Part shown: piece after piece, positions 13,690-28,650 of the stretch
How the letters are laid out: every line of letters begins with the position of its first letter
Numbering within the stretch: the first letter of the stretch is position 1
From: the human T2T-CHM13v2.0 reference genome, Homo sapiens
Assembly: GCF_009914755.1 (NCBI RefSeq)
Contig: NC_060935.1
DNA: 64,000 nucleotides
Direction: 5' to 3' (one strand)
Translations under genes and position numbers: made by a program
The notes under the pieces: generated by a model
What the model saw: the letters and a program-made list of their open reading frames with translations, nothing else
Database searches by the model: none
Told to the model about the DNA's origin: nothing

Positions 13690-14075
13690 TAGGAATGAGG
13701 GTAGGCATCTATAAACAGAGGCCTCAAAATACTCAATTAAAAATATCTGACTATAAAAAGAGAGAAGTCTTTTTTCTTTGCAATCAGAAATATGAAGGTG
13801 GGTGGATTCTAGCTTTGGTTTAGCAGCTTTTTAAACATGAGAGATCTGATTTGTACAAGTCTTGGCCTTCCACTCCCAAAAATGGCTGAAGGCACTTAAG
13901 CCTCCATAATCACATTCCAGGCAACAGGCAGAAAAAAAAAAAGAAAAGGGAAGGACAAAGAGAGTTTCCTAAGAACCCCCGCCTCCTACTTGTGTTAATG
14001 TCGTATTGCCCACATACATTTACAAAGAAAGCTGGTAAACACTACTTTTTAACTAGACAAATTGCTACCTCCAAT
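13690..14075 (-). mobile_element. Old MLT1 (J/K/L-like) LTR remnant
   Basis: aaaatggctg...atcacattccaggcaacagg...aaagaaagctggtaaa resembles antisense MLT1. Confidence 0.4.
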
Positions 14076-14137
14076 AATTTTGTGTGATGGCGGCGGTGGT
14101 GGTGGTGGTGAGGGTTCTCTTAGAAAGAAGAAGGAGA

Positions 14138-14562
<425 letters not shown>

Positions 14563-16949
14563 CTATTCCCAACTTTATTACTCTACTTGGTGTAGAAAAG
14601 CACCAACCCTCCATGGTACTACTGTCTAGGAGGCTCCCATTTCTTCACTGATGGTTCAAGGAAAGGCAGGAGGCAACAATCAAGCTTGGAATTTTTAATC
14701 CATACCCTTTGCATTCATTTAAATATCTCCATTAAAATGTCCACCCAATTAGGGAACAAAGTCTGTTCTTAGATGAAACTTTGAAATAAATTGTTTCATG
14801 TTGATCTTACATGCTCAATTAATGGCTATTCTAATAAGGATAATAGAATAAGAGAGAGTTTGGAATTTCAGAGCACACCTTTATAAAACTGAAGTAAAAT
14901 TCAGTAGCATTCAAGATCTTTTAAGCAAAGCAATAGTGTAGTGATATGGTAACTTGTCATCTTCCTGAAACCTGTGTCCATTGCTCTCTATTTTAGCCAA
15001 CTCTATCTTTTCACCAATTGTGGGTGATTCAGTGCCTCTCCATTTTTAAAAAAATTATCTTTATCTCTGTCTGTCTCTTTCTCCTTCATATTCTTTTCAA
15101 TATTTCAGTATTGTATACACTGTATTCATGTTAATCTAGTATTTTATGATATGTTAACAAGCTGATTTACAACATAACTTGAAATCTACAGGCAACATTT
15201 TGACTATTACTCTCTATTGAGATTCATAATTCATATTTTTACTTTAAATATGCTGAGAAGGCTTGAAGTTTGAAAACCAAATTCAATGTAATTTAACCCA
15301 GCATTTTCCATATTTGTGTTATGGTGCAATCATTTTTCTTGTCTATGAACACCATGTGAAAAGTTTTATGGAAGGCATTTGATATAAAGTTCATTCTACT
15401 TTAAGGTTCATGCTTATTTGTACCTTCCATTTTCTTATGACATCTATACATTTTCGATTTAATATTTTGATACTAGTTTAGTTTCTTCCTTTGTATTTTA
15501 AGACAAAATCCAATAAGACAGTTGCATAGCCTATCAGAGGGTTATCTTTTTGTCCATAGTCCAATCATTTATTGTTTGAGTGTTGGAGCCTCACATTAGA
15601 AAGTATGGTAACCTATGTATTAGACACATCTTGAGGGAGGAAGCTTTACAGGGGACCTGTGGTGAGTGTTGCATTTACTCAGGGGATCATTCACTTCTTT
15701 CCAATACACATACTCTGATATTCCCAATAAATCTGAGGCCACAGTCCTCATGATGCTCTCCTATGAAAAGCAAGTCAGATTTAGGAGAATAAATTGAATG
15801 AACTGTCACAAAAATTTCTCAATAAAATAAGGAGAAAAGTGTAACTGTAGTCTGCATAAAAATTACATGTAGATTTACTAAGCTTTGGGGTCCTCTTGGT
15901 TGGAATGCATTTCTGAAGGGAAAAAAATCAATATTAAACTACATTTGATGTATTTCTTTGCTAAAAGCCACAACTTCCAGTATTCTAGAGAGGAATGATT
16001 TATAACTATTACATCCAACAAAATGTTCTTTTTGGCCCTGAAATCTGATAACTTGGTTTTACATGGTGACCGTGCTTCCAGAAATAAAACTCCTGTCCAT
16101 CACCATTATTATTATCAAGGATAGCCTGAGAATTTCTGTAGAAAGCATAGCACATTTTCACTGCTTTACTCATGTGTGATAATTGCAGAGTTTTGGAAAT
16201 GTGTTAGCTACAAAAAAAGAAGAATTAGGACCTTAAAGGTGTTTTAGGTAGAAATAAGCAGGGAACCTTGGTTTTCCATCATTGGAGCACTTTTCTTGTT
16301 GTACTCTGTATAATATATTTCCTTTTGGCCTTGCAGATGTATTTTTGAATCTATTAGCCTGAACACATTTTCACTGCCTTGCAAATGTTTTATCAGCCTG
16401 CCTCTCTCCCCTACCAGAGCCTGACGTATATTGCAAGTGAAAGACAGAAAATGAGAATATAGTACTCATTTTCAATTTTTAATTCCTTTTTTCAAGGGTG
16501 TGTGTGTGGGGGGGTTCTATCTGAATAGGTTATGTCATGTGGTTGCATACAGATATCTTGAACCAAAAAGACACTGTTAAACAGTTATTCTACTATGAGA
16601 AATGCAAAACCTTTAGGCCCTCATACAAAAATTATTAAGAAATTTAGAATTGGCTGCAAAATGAAAAAAAGGGGTAATTCTTCTTATACTGCTATATACA
16701 ACTATATAACAGCCTTAATAGCCCACGTGATGGTGAGCTGCAGCTGCCAAGAAAGGTATATAATGATTTTGCTTCAGAAATTGGATCTCTTCCATATTTT
16801 TCCCAATAGGAGAATCAGTTTTAACTCATATTGCAATTAGTAAGTTACTCTCCTTCAATAGTAGGAGATTATAGTACCCTTCCTGTTCCCACTGAACCAA
16901 AAAACAATAACAATCTTAACTTGGGTACAAAACCCAGGAAATTAACCCT

Positions 16950-18797
16950 AAAAAATTAAAATTGCTACTCTAGTGAACACACATAATGATAAGAAAGTGT
17001 AATGGTCTCATTGCTTACATAGAGAAAGTTTTAGTGAACTGAATAGAAGATTAAACCAACCACAGCATTCCTTTAAACTAAAGCCTAATCCAGAGAAAGG
17101 CTGTAACTCTCCTTATGCTTTGAAATCTGAGAGAAGTGAGGAAGCTTCAGTAGAAAAGTGTGAGGCTAGTAGAAGTGGGTTTATGAGGTATAGGAAAAGA
17201 AATCCACCTTCGTAACGTAAAATTGCAAGGTGAAACAGCAAGTGCTGATGTAGAAGATGAAGCAAGTTATCCAGAAGACCTGGCTAAGATAATTGATGAA
17301 GGTAGCTAAACAAGACTTTTTCAATGAGACAAATCAACATTATATTGGAAAAAAAATGCCATCTCAGATTTTCACAGCTAGAGAGGACAACTCAATGCCT
17401 GTCTTCAGAGCTTCAAAAGAAACACTGACCTCTTGTTAGGGGATAATGCAGCTGATGACTTTAAGTTTAATCCAATGCTCATTTACCATTATTTACCATT
17501 CCAAGAATCCTAGGACCCCTGAGAATGATACTAAATATATTCTGCTTGTCTTCTACAAATTGAACAGCAAAGCTTGGATGACAGCACATCTATTTTGCAG
17601 TATAGTCTACTGCATATTTTAAGCCCATACTGGATATTTTAAGCCCACTGTTGAAACCAACTGCTTAGAAAGAAAGATTTCATTCTGAACATTAGTGCTC
17701 ATTGACAATGTACCTACTCACCCAAGAGCTCTGATGATACAAGGAGGTTAACTTTTTTTTTTCACGCCTGCTAACACAACATCCATTTGCAGCCCATAGA
17801 TCAAGGAGTCAGTTCAAATTTCTAGTCTTATTATTTAAGGAATACATTCCATAAGGATATAGCTGTCATAAATAGAAGATTAAATTAATTAATTTAAATT
17901 AAATATTTTGATCTTCCTCTCATGTATCTGAAATTGAAAACCTTCTGGAAAAGATCCAACATTCTAGATACCATTAAGAACATTCATGATTCGTGAGAGA
18001 TGGTCAAAATATCAACATTAACAGGAGTTTGAAAGAAGTTAATTCCAACTCTTATAAATAGTTTGAGAGGCTCAAGTGTTAGTGGAAGAAGTTTCTGTAG
18101 ATATATTGGAAATAGCAAGAGAACTAGAACTAGAACTATGGCCTGAATATGAGGCTAAATTGCTACAATCTCATGCAGAACGTGAATGAATGAGAAGTTG
18201 TTTCTTATGAACAAGTCAAGAAAGTGGTTTCTTGAGATGAAATCTATTCCTTGTGATGTTGTGAACATTGTTCAAATAACAATATAAGATTGAGAATATT
18301 ATATAAACTTAGCTGATAAAGCAGCAGAATTTGAGAGGATTGGCTCCAATTTTGAAAGAAGTTCTATCATAGGTAAAATGCTGTCGAACATTATCCCATG
18401 CTACAGAGAAGTATTTTCTGAAAGGAGGAGTTAATACAGAAAATGTCACCGTTGTCTTAAGAAATTGTCACAGCCATCCCAGCCTTCAGCAAGCACCACC
18501 CTGATCAGTCAGCAGCCGTCAGCATCAAGTCAATACCCTCCACCAGAAAAAAAAATTATGACTGGCTTAAGGTTCACATGATTATAGGAATTTTTAGCAA
18601 CAAAATATTTTAATTAAGGTATATACAGTAATGTTTAGACATGACGATATTGAATACTTAGTAGACTACCATACAGCATAAACATAGCTTTTATATACAT
18701 TCGGAAACCAAAAAAGTTTTGGCTAACTTTATTGTAATTTTCACTTTATTCCAGTTGTCTGGAACTTGGCCTCCTCTATCCCCAATGTATCTCTGTA
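16950..18797 (+). mobile_element. Tigger1 DNA transposon, 5'-truncated, decayed transposase
   Basis: gtgctgatgtagaag...gcaagttatccagaagacctggctaagataattgatgaagg, cagcccatagatcaaggagt, degenerate 3' TIR followed by TA. Confidence 0.92.
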
Positions 18798-19027
18798 GTA
18801 GAGAATGACATCCTGACATACAGTGAAGTGAGTTGAGAAAAGTACAATACATAGACCTGTATCAAGAAAACTTAGAAAACACAAATTGAAAAATAATTCA
18901 GAATAGAACAAAAAAAATACATTCTTTTAGAATCTTATTTTAAAGATTTATGCCAATTCCAAATGAAGAAGTATTGATAAATTTATGTCAAATTTAAGGT
19001 AACTCAATATTCATTATATATGATTTT

Positions 19028-19318
19028 TTTTGTGTGTGTGACAGAGTCTCGCTCTTGTTGTCCAAGCTGAAGTGCAATGGCCCTATCTTGGCTCACTGCA
19101 AACTCTGCCTCCTGGGTTCAAGCTGTTCTCCTGCCTCAGCCTTCCGAGTAGCTGGGATTATAGGCACCCACCATCACACCCAGCTAATTTTTGTATTTTT
19201 AGTAGAGACAGGGTTTCACCATGTTGGCCAGACTGGTCTGGAACTCCTGACCTCAGGTGATCTGCCTGCCTCGGCCTCCCAGAGTGCTGGGATTACAAGC
19301 GTGAGCCACCACGCCCTA
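19028..19318 (-). mobile_element. AluS (Sx/Sq-like)
   Basis: Full antisense Alu; TSD ttatatatgatttt. Confidence 0.95.
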
Positions 19319-19667
19319 CTTATATATGATTTTATCTCAGAGTGTGCCTTCAGTCAGTTTTATTTTTTTGTTTATGTATGTATGTGTGCATGGTATGTAT
19401 GTATGTCTTTATCAGTCTCATGTTACAAAAGCACCTTTATGCATCATTACAGAGAGATTATCATATCTAAATAGAAGACAAATACTATTACAGTCAAGAT
19501 TCTGAGACTAAGTGGGCAAAAATTCAAAAATCTGGCTCATGTATTTTGATCTGTACCTTCTCCATAGTGAATAGATTGATTTTAACAGTTAATATTGTGT
19601 CACACTAACATGCTACCTTAAAGTCCCTTTGTACTGAGGGGGAACATAACACAAGGATTAGAAAAAT

Positions 19668-19848
19668 GCAGCCAGTTTTTTAAAAAATATATGTTTTATT
19701 AAAAGACAGCCACAAACATCCCTTTATGTATTATCTATGTCTGCTTTCTAGCTACAACAGCATTGAGTAGTTCCATCAGAGTTGTTTAGCCTGCCAAGCC
19801 TAAAATATTTACTATTTGACACTTTACAGCAAAACTTGCCAATGTCTA
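19668..19848 (+). mobile_element. MER58A (hAT-Charlie)
   Basis: aagcctaaaatatttactatttgacactttacagcaaaacttgccaa. Confidence 0.8.
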
Positions 19849-20727
19849 ACGCAGCACAATGAAAATGGTCTTTGAGTAAAATAGACTCATGAGAAACTGT
19901 GTTCCAGGTTAAGCTTTACATTTTGTGCTACGCTTTATAATCCCCAACGTGTTTTTCAGGTTAAGCAACTGAATTTTCTCTTCTGAAAAAAACAAAAAAA
20001 AAAGACTTTCTTTATTCCCCCGTCATCAGGACCTTATTGTGATATCAAACATTCAGAATTCTCCACCAACTCTGAAACTAAGACAGTCCTTAGCATTTAT
20101 GGCCTCTCAAGGCAAGAGTTAAATGGAGGCACATATGTGATTCATTTTAAAATAATAAATCAATCCCCCAAAATCATTCAATTAAATATGTTGTACCATC
20201 CTATTTCGATAAGTATGCCTTCACATTGACCTAGAAAGTCAAACTTGAAATTAAAATTTTTAGACTTTTAAGTTTCTTCACTAAAAGATGGCAGTATGGG
20301 GAGGACATGGCCTCAGCTCCACTCTGTGACTCCCCATAGGCTTTTCCTCTCCATTTCAATTATTCATGTGCTGCGATAGAAATGCATCCATGTGGACATC
20401 CCAACACACATGCCTCAGCTCTGTCCACCCATTTTCAGAACATCTCTCCTTGGCCAACCCTGCTGAAAGCCAAGGGTTACATATATGCCTAGTGACATAC
20501 GCACTCCTTGGGGAAACCGATCCAGTAGACGGAGCACCATGAATTTTGGAAGGAAGTCAAGATCATGTTAGCAGGAAATCCCCAAGTTTTAGTTACCTAG
20601 AGCATCATGAAGTAGGGAAGCATAGGCTTAGGATGTATCCTTCTCATAACCCAGAGAATTCTTACTCTGTGGAAAAGTGAATTAAATATGGAGATACCAG
20701 GTGGAGCCCTCTAAAGATCTCTCTCCT

Positions 20728-21068
20728 TAGAACCAGCAGCATCAGCATCTCCTAAAACAATAGTTCCCAAGTACATCTGACCTCATCTGGAGGGGCTTTC
20801 AGTTGTCACAACTGCTCAGGAGAGTGTTAGTAGCAACCAGTAGGTAGAATCCAGAAATGCTGCTAAAAAAAATCTACAGTACACAAGAGCGGTCCCCAAA
20901 ACAAAGAATCAGTTGGTGCAAAATGCTAGTGGTGTTGAGCTTAAGAAACATTCACCTAGGATTTCATAAGAAATGCAGAAGCTCAAGCCTGCCTCAGATC
21001 TACTGGACCAGAATATGAATTTTAAGTGGATCTGTAAGTATGCCCATTGAAGTTTGAGAAGCACTGCT
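20728..21068 (+). mobile_element. MER5A1 (hAT-Charlie) interrupted by MER20
   Basis: accagcagcatcagcatc...cacctagg...agaaatgcagaa...aagtttgagaagcactg. Confidence 0.75.
20758..20952 (+). mobile_element. MER20 (hAT-Charlie)
   Basis: ttgtcacaactg...agtaggtagaatccagaaatgctgctaaa...caaagaatc...caaaatg. Confidence 0.75.
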
Positions 21069-21554
21069 CTGAAGCATGGGATGGAGGCAGAGGCTCTTCT
21101 TGCCCTATGAAATGTGGTGCTTTTTGGAACAGGCAGCTTGCAAGACTTTTGATGCTGATGTTTGTTTTTATGAATTTCCTTCGTTCCAACATTAGTTTTT
21201 CCCTTATCATTTTACTCCTTTTACAAGAGTCAGAAAAATTAGATATACCTTCTATTTCTATTATTTCATAAGGAGTATAGATATTGGGGTGGCACCAAGA
21301 TGGCCAAATAGGAACAGCTCCGATCTACAGCTCCCAGCGTGAGTGACGCAGAAGACGGGTGATTTCTGCATTTCCATCTGAGGTACCGGGTTCATCTCAC
21401 TAGGGAGTGCCAGACAGTGGGTGCAGGACAGTGGGTGCAGCGCGCCGGGCGTGAGCCAAAGCAGGGCAAGGCATTGCCTCACTCAGGAAGCGCAAGGGGT
21501 CAGGGAGTTCCCTTTCCTAGTGAAAGAAAGGGGTGACAGATAGCACCTGGAAAA

Positions 21555-21737
21555 TCAGGTCACTCCCACCCTAATACTGCCCTTTTCCAACAGGCTTAAA
21601 AAACGGTACACCAGGAGATTATATCCTGCATATGACTCAGAGGGTCCTACGCCCACGGAGTCTCGCTGATTGCTAGCACAGCAGTATGAGATCAAACTGC
21701 AAGGCGGCAGCGAGGCTAGGGGAGGGGCACCTGCCAT
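21555..21737 (-). pseudogene. ORF0: L1 ORF0, truncated at 60 aa
   Basis: MAGAPPLASLPPCSLISYCCASNQRDSVGVGPSE matches primate L1 ORF0; premature TGA. Confidence 0.85.
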
Positions 21738-22330
21738 TGCCCTGGCTTGCTTAGGTAAATAAAGCAGCCGGGAAGCTCAAACTGGGTGGAGCCCACCACA
21801 GCTCAGGGAGGCCTGCCTGCCTCTGTAGGCTCCACTTCTGTGGGCAGGGCACAGACAAACAAAAAGACAGCAGTAACCTCTGCAGACTTAAACGTCCCTG
21901 TGTGACAGCTTTGAAGAGAGTAGTGGTTCTCCCAGCATGCAGCTGGAGATCTGAGAACGGGCAGACTGCCTCCTCAAGTGGGTCCCTGACCCCCGAGTAG
22001 CCTAACTGGGGGGCACCCCGCAGTAGGGGCAGACTGACACCTCACACGGCCGGGTACTACTCTGAGACAAAACTTCCAGAGGACCAATCAGGCAGCAGCA
22101 TTTGCGGTTCAGGAAAATCCGCTGTTCTACAGCCACCACTGTTCTGCAGCCACTACTGCTGACACCCAGGCAAACAGGGTCTGGAGTGGACCTCTAGCAA
22201 ACTCCAACAGACCTGCAGCTGAGGGTCCTGGCTGTTAGAAGGAAAACTCACAAACAGAAAGGACATCCACACCAAAAACCCATTTGTATGTCACCATCAT
22301 CAAAAACCAAAAGTAGATAAAATCACAAAG

Positions 22331-23347
22331 ATGGGGAAAAAACAGAACAGAAAAACTGGAAACTCTAAAAAGCAGAGCGCCTCTCCTCCTCCAAAGGAAC
22401 ACAGTTCCTCACCAGCAACAGAACAAAGCTGGACGGAGAATGACTTTGACGAGTTGAGAGAAGAAGGCTTCAGACGATCAAACTACTCCAAGCTACAGGA
22501 GGAAATTCAAACCAATGGCAAAGAAGTTAAAAACTTTGAAAAAAAATTAGACAAATGTATAACTAGAATAACCAATGTAGAGAAGTGCTTAAAGGAGCTG
22601 ATGGAGCTGAAAGCCAAGGCTCGAGAACTACATGAAGAATGCAGAAGCCTCAGGAGCCAATGTGATCAACTGAAAGAAAGGGTATAAGTGATGGAAGATG
22701 AAATGAATGAAATGAAGTGAGAAGGGAAGTTTAGAGAAAAAAGAATAAAAAGAAATGAACGAAGTCTCCAAGAAATATGGGACTATGTGAAAAGACCAAA
22801 TGTATGTCTGATTGGTGTACCTGAAAGTGACGGGGAGAATGGAACCAAGTTGGAAAACACTCTGCAGGATATTATCCAGGAGAACTTCCCCAATCTAGAA
22901 AGGCAGGCCAACATTCAGATTCACGAAATACAGAGAACGCCACAAAGATACTGCTCGAGAAGAGCAACTACAAGACACATAATTGTCAGATTCACCAAAG
23001 TTGAAATGAAGGAAAAAATGTTAAGGGCAGCCAGAGAGAAAGGTTGGGTTACCCACAAAGGGAAGCCCATCAGACTAACAGCAGATCTTTCAGCAGAAAC
23101 TCTACAAGCCAGAAGAGAGTGGGGACCAATATTCAACATTCTTAAAGAAGAGAATTTTCAACCCAGAATTTCATATCCAGCCAAACTAAGCTTCATAAGT
23201 CAAGGAGAAATACAATCCTTTACAGACAAGCAAATGCTGACAGATTTTGTCACCAACAGGCCTGCCTTACAAGAGCTCATGAAGGAAGCATGAAACATGG
23301 AAAGGAAAAACTGGTACCAGCCACTGCAAAAACATACCAAACTGTAA
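22331..23347 (+). pseudogene. ORF1: L1 ORF1p, 338 codons in frame with premature stops
   Basis: MGKKQNRKTGNSK start; stops at 22685, 22718 and 23291. Confidence 0.93.
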
Positions 23348-23410
23348 AGACCATCAAGGCTAGGAAGAAACTGCATCAACTAACAAGCAAAATAACCAGC
23401 TAACATCATA

Positions 23411-24554
<1,144 letters not shown>

Positions 24555-26431
24555 ACAACAAGAACACATGGACACAGGAAGGGGAACATCACACTCCAGG
24601 GACTGTTGTGGGGTGGGGGGAGGGGGGATGGATAGCATTAGGAGATATACCTAATGCTAAATGACAAGTTAATGGGTGCAGTGCACCAACATGGCACATG
24701 TATACATATGTAACAAACCTGCACATTGTGCACATGTACCCTAAAACTTAAAGTATAATAATAATAATAATAAAAACAAAGTACAGAAAAAAAAGAGTAT
24801 AGATATCAAGTTCAATCTATAGGAAGATTTTTGAAGGATATTTTAACGGTTACATCAAAAAAGCTCAGAATTCCTAATCAGTCATCGCAGGCTTTAAATC
24901 ATTAAGATTATCTCAAACTGAATTCTTCTGGTTGCCTTGACTCATATCCTGAGTTTTACGAATTGGATAAAAACATTTCATAGGTGAAATACATCATAGC
25001 ATTTTTAGAGGATTTCATTGTCTGAACAGGGCACTTGAAGGCTTCCGGGAGTAGATGTTAAATGTCTGGACTCTCCTAACATGACTCATTTACTTATAAT
25101 ACCAGTTGCATTTCTCAGCCACAATGTGCTGGGGAATGAATGAAATAGAATTTCATTTTAAGATTCAGTCTGAATTCTTAATTGATTGATAGAAAAAAAA
25201 TGTTTGTGTTTAGGTTGATTCTTGTTTTATCCATGCATAGACAACATAAGGAGTTCTTCCAGTTTAAAGGACAGAAGGAGGAATGAGATGTCTGTTGCAT
25301 ACACAAGGAGAATTTTTCCAGACAGGAAAATAATGAGAGGGAGTTGTACAATGTTTACAAAGAGGCCTAGTATTGATCATTTTCTGGTCCACAATCATAT
25401 TGTAAAGAAGGCAGGTCTTGTATTTAGCACACTTAATTTTCTTATTCTCATGTGTACCCCTGACACAATGAACTTAACGCATCCCCTTAAGGAATACCAT
25501 CATTTGGTACTTTCCTACCAGCCTGATTTCTGATTTCTGTTTTTATATTTACCCTACATGAAAGTTACACAAATATTCTATGAGAATCCACAACATTTCA
25601 ACCACTATGCTAATAAATACACAAAGAAAAATTAAACAAAACATTTCAACATTTCTATGACTGAAAAGAATTTCAAGTATTTTTTATTTTATTATTATTA
25701 TTGTTAATTCACAGAAACACCATCTTCCCCATCTTCATTCCGGGGATCTGCAGTTTGGCAAGAAAAAAATATATTATTATCAACTTGTGTTGAATGGATA
25801 AATGAATGTAATGTTGAAGGATAACATGGAGTTTTGTTGAGGCTTTTGTGGCCCTTGAAATTATCCAGTGTAGAAAGTCACTTATTCTACCTGTTCATTA
25901 GGGCTGATAGTTTTGGCACCCTCAACAGTTATTCTTTTCTCAGTATACTGTAATCAACTGCTTAGAAGGATATTTTCCAGGGACTTGTATTTCATTAACC
26001 TTTAAAAACAACATACCTGCCTGCTTATTTTCCAAGCACTACTCAATCATGAAGCTGTTTCAAAGCTGTTTGGTACAATTCTTGACTTAACGTGAAGAAG
26101 GGTTCAGTCATCCATTGGTGCTGTAGTGACAGACAGCCCAGCATCTAAGATCCCCCATCGAGTGACTCTCAATGATATGGCAGCCCTGGCCTTTGCCCCC
26201 AGCTCTAATCATTGAGCCTTTTATTCATTCCCAAGAATTTTACTTTGCTTATATTTTTAAATTGTATTTCCAGCAAAAATTTCTAGTTATCAGTGGGTAT
26301 AGCTAAGAACATGTTCTTTACTGGGAGATACTGAGTGTTGGTTCTGTCAGATGGATTCCTCATTAATTAGGCTTAAGTCTGTCTTCTCCTACTTGATTTA
26401 ACTAGGTAGATCATAGCCTAAAAATTCACTG

Positions 26432-26460
26432 CATACACACACACACATACACACACACAC
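26432..26460. repeat. (CA)n microsatellite, interrupted
   Basis: CA units with TA interruptions. Confidence 0.85.
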
Positions 26461-26557
26461 TCACTCACAGACGTATAGATTTATTCAAACACTGCAGCCT
26501 CCTCTTTTGCTCCCATTCCCAGGGTTTTAGTTTCTGGACAAAATGTTGCTTTTATTG

Positions 26558-26698
26558 ACTTGGGAGGCTGAGGCAGGAGGATCACTTAGTCCAGGAGTTT
26601 CAGGCTGCCTGAGCTATGATCATACTACTACACTGTAGCCTGGGCAACGCAGCAAGATCCTGCCTCTAAATAAATAATAAAAAATAAATAAAAAATAA
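26558..26698 (+). mobile_element. AluJo right arm or FRAM fragment
   Basis: gaggcaggaggatcactt...gagctatgatc...A-rich tail. Confidence 0.85.
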
Positions 26699-26850
26699 TT
26701 TGCCTTATGAGGTGATTTTATATAAGAATATACATTTTTATAGAGTTACTGTGGTCAGATACACTCATATTTCTATTTTCCGATTAAAGAATTAATGTTT
26801 CTTGACATAGGTTTGGTATTAGACATAGAGTCATCAAGGAAATTTGAAAA

Positions 26851-27113
26851 CTAGCATGTGGTTGACAGAAAATCAAAATTCATATAGTAATTTTTTAATA
26901 TGATTTTAAACATTTATAAAATAGGTATTATCCTTTTTCTAAATAAATTGGAGGTGGCATTAATCAGCCCCACTAAATTGTGTTTATAGTAAGAATCCTA
27001 AGTTTGCAAGATGACACATATACAATGGAGTATATATTGTTATTTTGCATGCTGAGTTTGTTGTTATTCTCTCTCTCATTTTTCTCTACATATCTTAAGA
27101 GATGGTGGGGGCA
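26851..27113 (+). repeat. Copy 1 of a ~265-bp direct interspersed duplication
   Basis: Aligns end to end with 28384-28650. Confidence 0.93.
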
Positions 27114-27791
27114 GATTACATTAAGAACCTGTTGAAACTTAAAAAAAAAAGTACAGTAAACACGTGGTTCTAGATCATAGGGATAAATTATATGAGGCTT
27201 TCTTTCTGCATATCTCAAACTTAAAATTTTTAAATGTGGCTAAGGAAGTTGAAGATAAAAAATTAAAATAAATAGAGCATCTTGAGGCAGTGTCTTTTGC
27301 AATAATATCAAGGAAGAATGAATTATCAAAACAAACAAACAACAACAACAACAACAACAAAATTCCTGTTTTCTGTGGGGAAGAAATCTTGGAATTAGTA
27401 TTTTTCCCTACAGTACTGATTTTGGGTCTGCAAGTGAAAGGCACATACACTAGATTTGTAAAGGAAAAGATGTAAGAAATCATGGGAACTGAGAAGCATG
27501 CATGAGTGTGAATAGGATGATCAACAGTATCAAATTTGTATTTTGCAGGAGAAAGTCAAGAAATAATCCTTTAATACTGAGAAACAATCCAGGGAAAAAT
27601 ATCAGAACACTGCAGAAAAATAATATGCAGTTTGAAAATTATTTTAATAGAAAATATTTGTAAAACTAACACTGGGATTGCACAGTATGCATATTAGGTC
27701 TGAACAAAAAAGAAAGTAGAAGAAACACTGAAGACTCCTTAGCAGAAGAAAAAAATTTCTTATCTTGAAAACAAAACAAAACCTACAAGAT

Positions 27792-27900
27792 CTGTAGTAC
27801 CAGTTAACTCAGGGGGCAGAGGCAGAAGATCAGCTGAGCCCCAGGAGTTCCAGTACAGCCTAAGAAATGTAGTGAGACCTGTCTGGAAAAAATAAAAATT
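27792..27900 (+). mobile_element. FLAM-like Alu monomer fragment
   Basis: gaggcagaagatcagctgagccccaggagttccag...gtgagacctgtct plus A tail. Confidence 0.7.
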
Positions 27901-28383
27901 TAAAGAAGGGAGAAAAGTTTAAAAAAAGAGTAATCAAAATGTTTTAGGGCAAATATAGAATTAAATAGGATATACTTTTTTATTTTAACGTCAAAGAAAA
28001 ATTTCCAAAAATTCCAAAAGAAGAAAAGGTTCTTGGAAACATACACATCAACCAGTTTTTAAAAAAACCCAGCAAATAAGTAGAGAATGTGAGTAGGCCT
28101 GCCATGTACCAAGATCCTCGTATCCAACCAACTTATTTATTACTCTGGAAAAGAATAAAAACAATTTCATATGTGAAGCTTCAGAAAACATTTCACCCAG
28201 GTATGCATCATGAATAAACTACTCAAAAAAGTTCCAAAATATTTTTTTAAAATATTAAGTATAACTTGAGAGGAAAATTAAAATTAAAAAATAGTAATTT
28301 ATCAGGGGAGATGGAAAGTTGTTTAGTTTTGCTTAAAAGAAAACTATGGTTACAGGATTTTTAAAAAAAAATTCTGAAAAGAC

Positions 28384-28650
28384 CTAGCATGTGGTTGACA
28401 GAAAAACAAAATTCATATAGTATTTTTAATATGATTTTAAACATTTATAAAATAGGTATTATTCTTTTTTTCTAGAGAAATAGGAGGTGGCATAAATCAA
28501 CCCCACTAAATTGTGTTCATATTAAGAATCCTAAGTCTGCAAGATGACGCATATACTTTGGAGTGTATATTGTCATTTTTCATGCTGAATTTATTGCTGT
28601 TGTCTCTGTCATTTTTCTCTATTTATGTATCTGAAGAGATGGTGGGGGCA
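28384..28650 (+). repeat. Copy 2 of the ~265-bp direct duplication
   Basis: ctagcatgtggttgacagaaaa...gagatggtgggggca in both copies. Confidence 0.93.

Noticed and set aside
16690-16760. TATA-like, CACGTG and donor-like sequence as a promoter or first exon
   Set aside because: Motifs too short and no CpG island or other support
19034-19474. 146-aa ORF and similar ORFs at 4510, 14314, 57161, 59181 and 62077
   Set aside because: Translations of antisense Alu sequence
20090-20720. Possible ancient hAT-type element
   Set aside because: Could not assign family or termini with confidence
24755-24794. 3' transduction in the L1 tail (caaagtacag)
   Set aside because: Only about 10 nt; indistinguishable from poly(A) decay
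27540-28330. Possible HAL1/L1M ORF1 remnant
   Set aside because: A-rich and suggestive, but too diverged to call by eye
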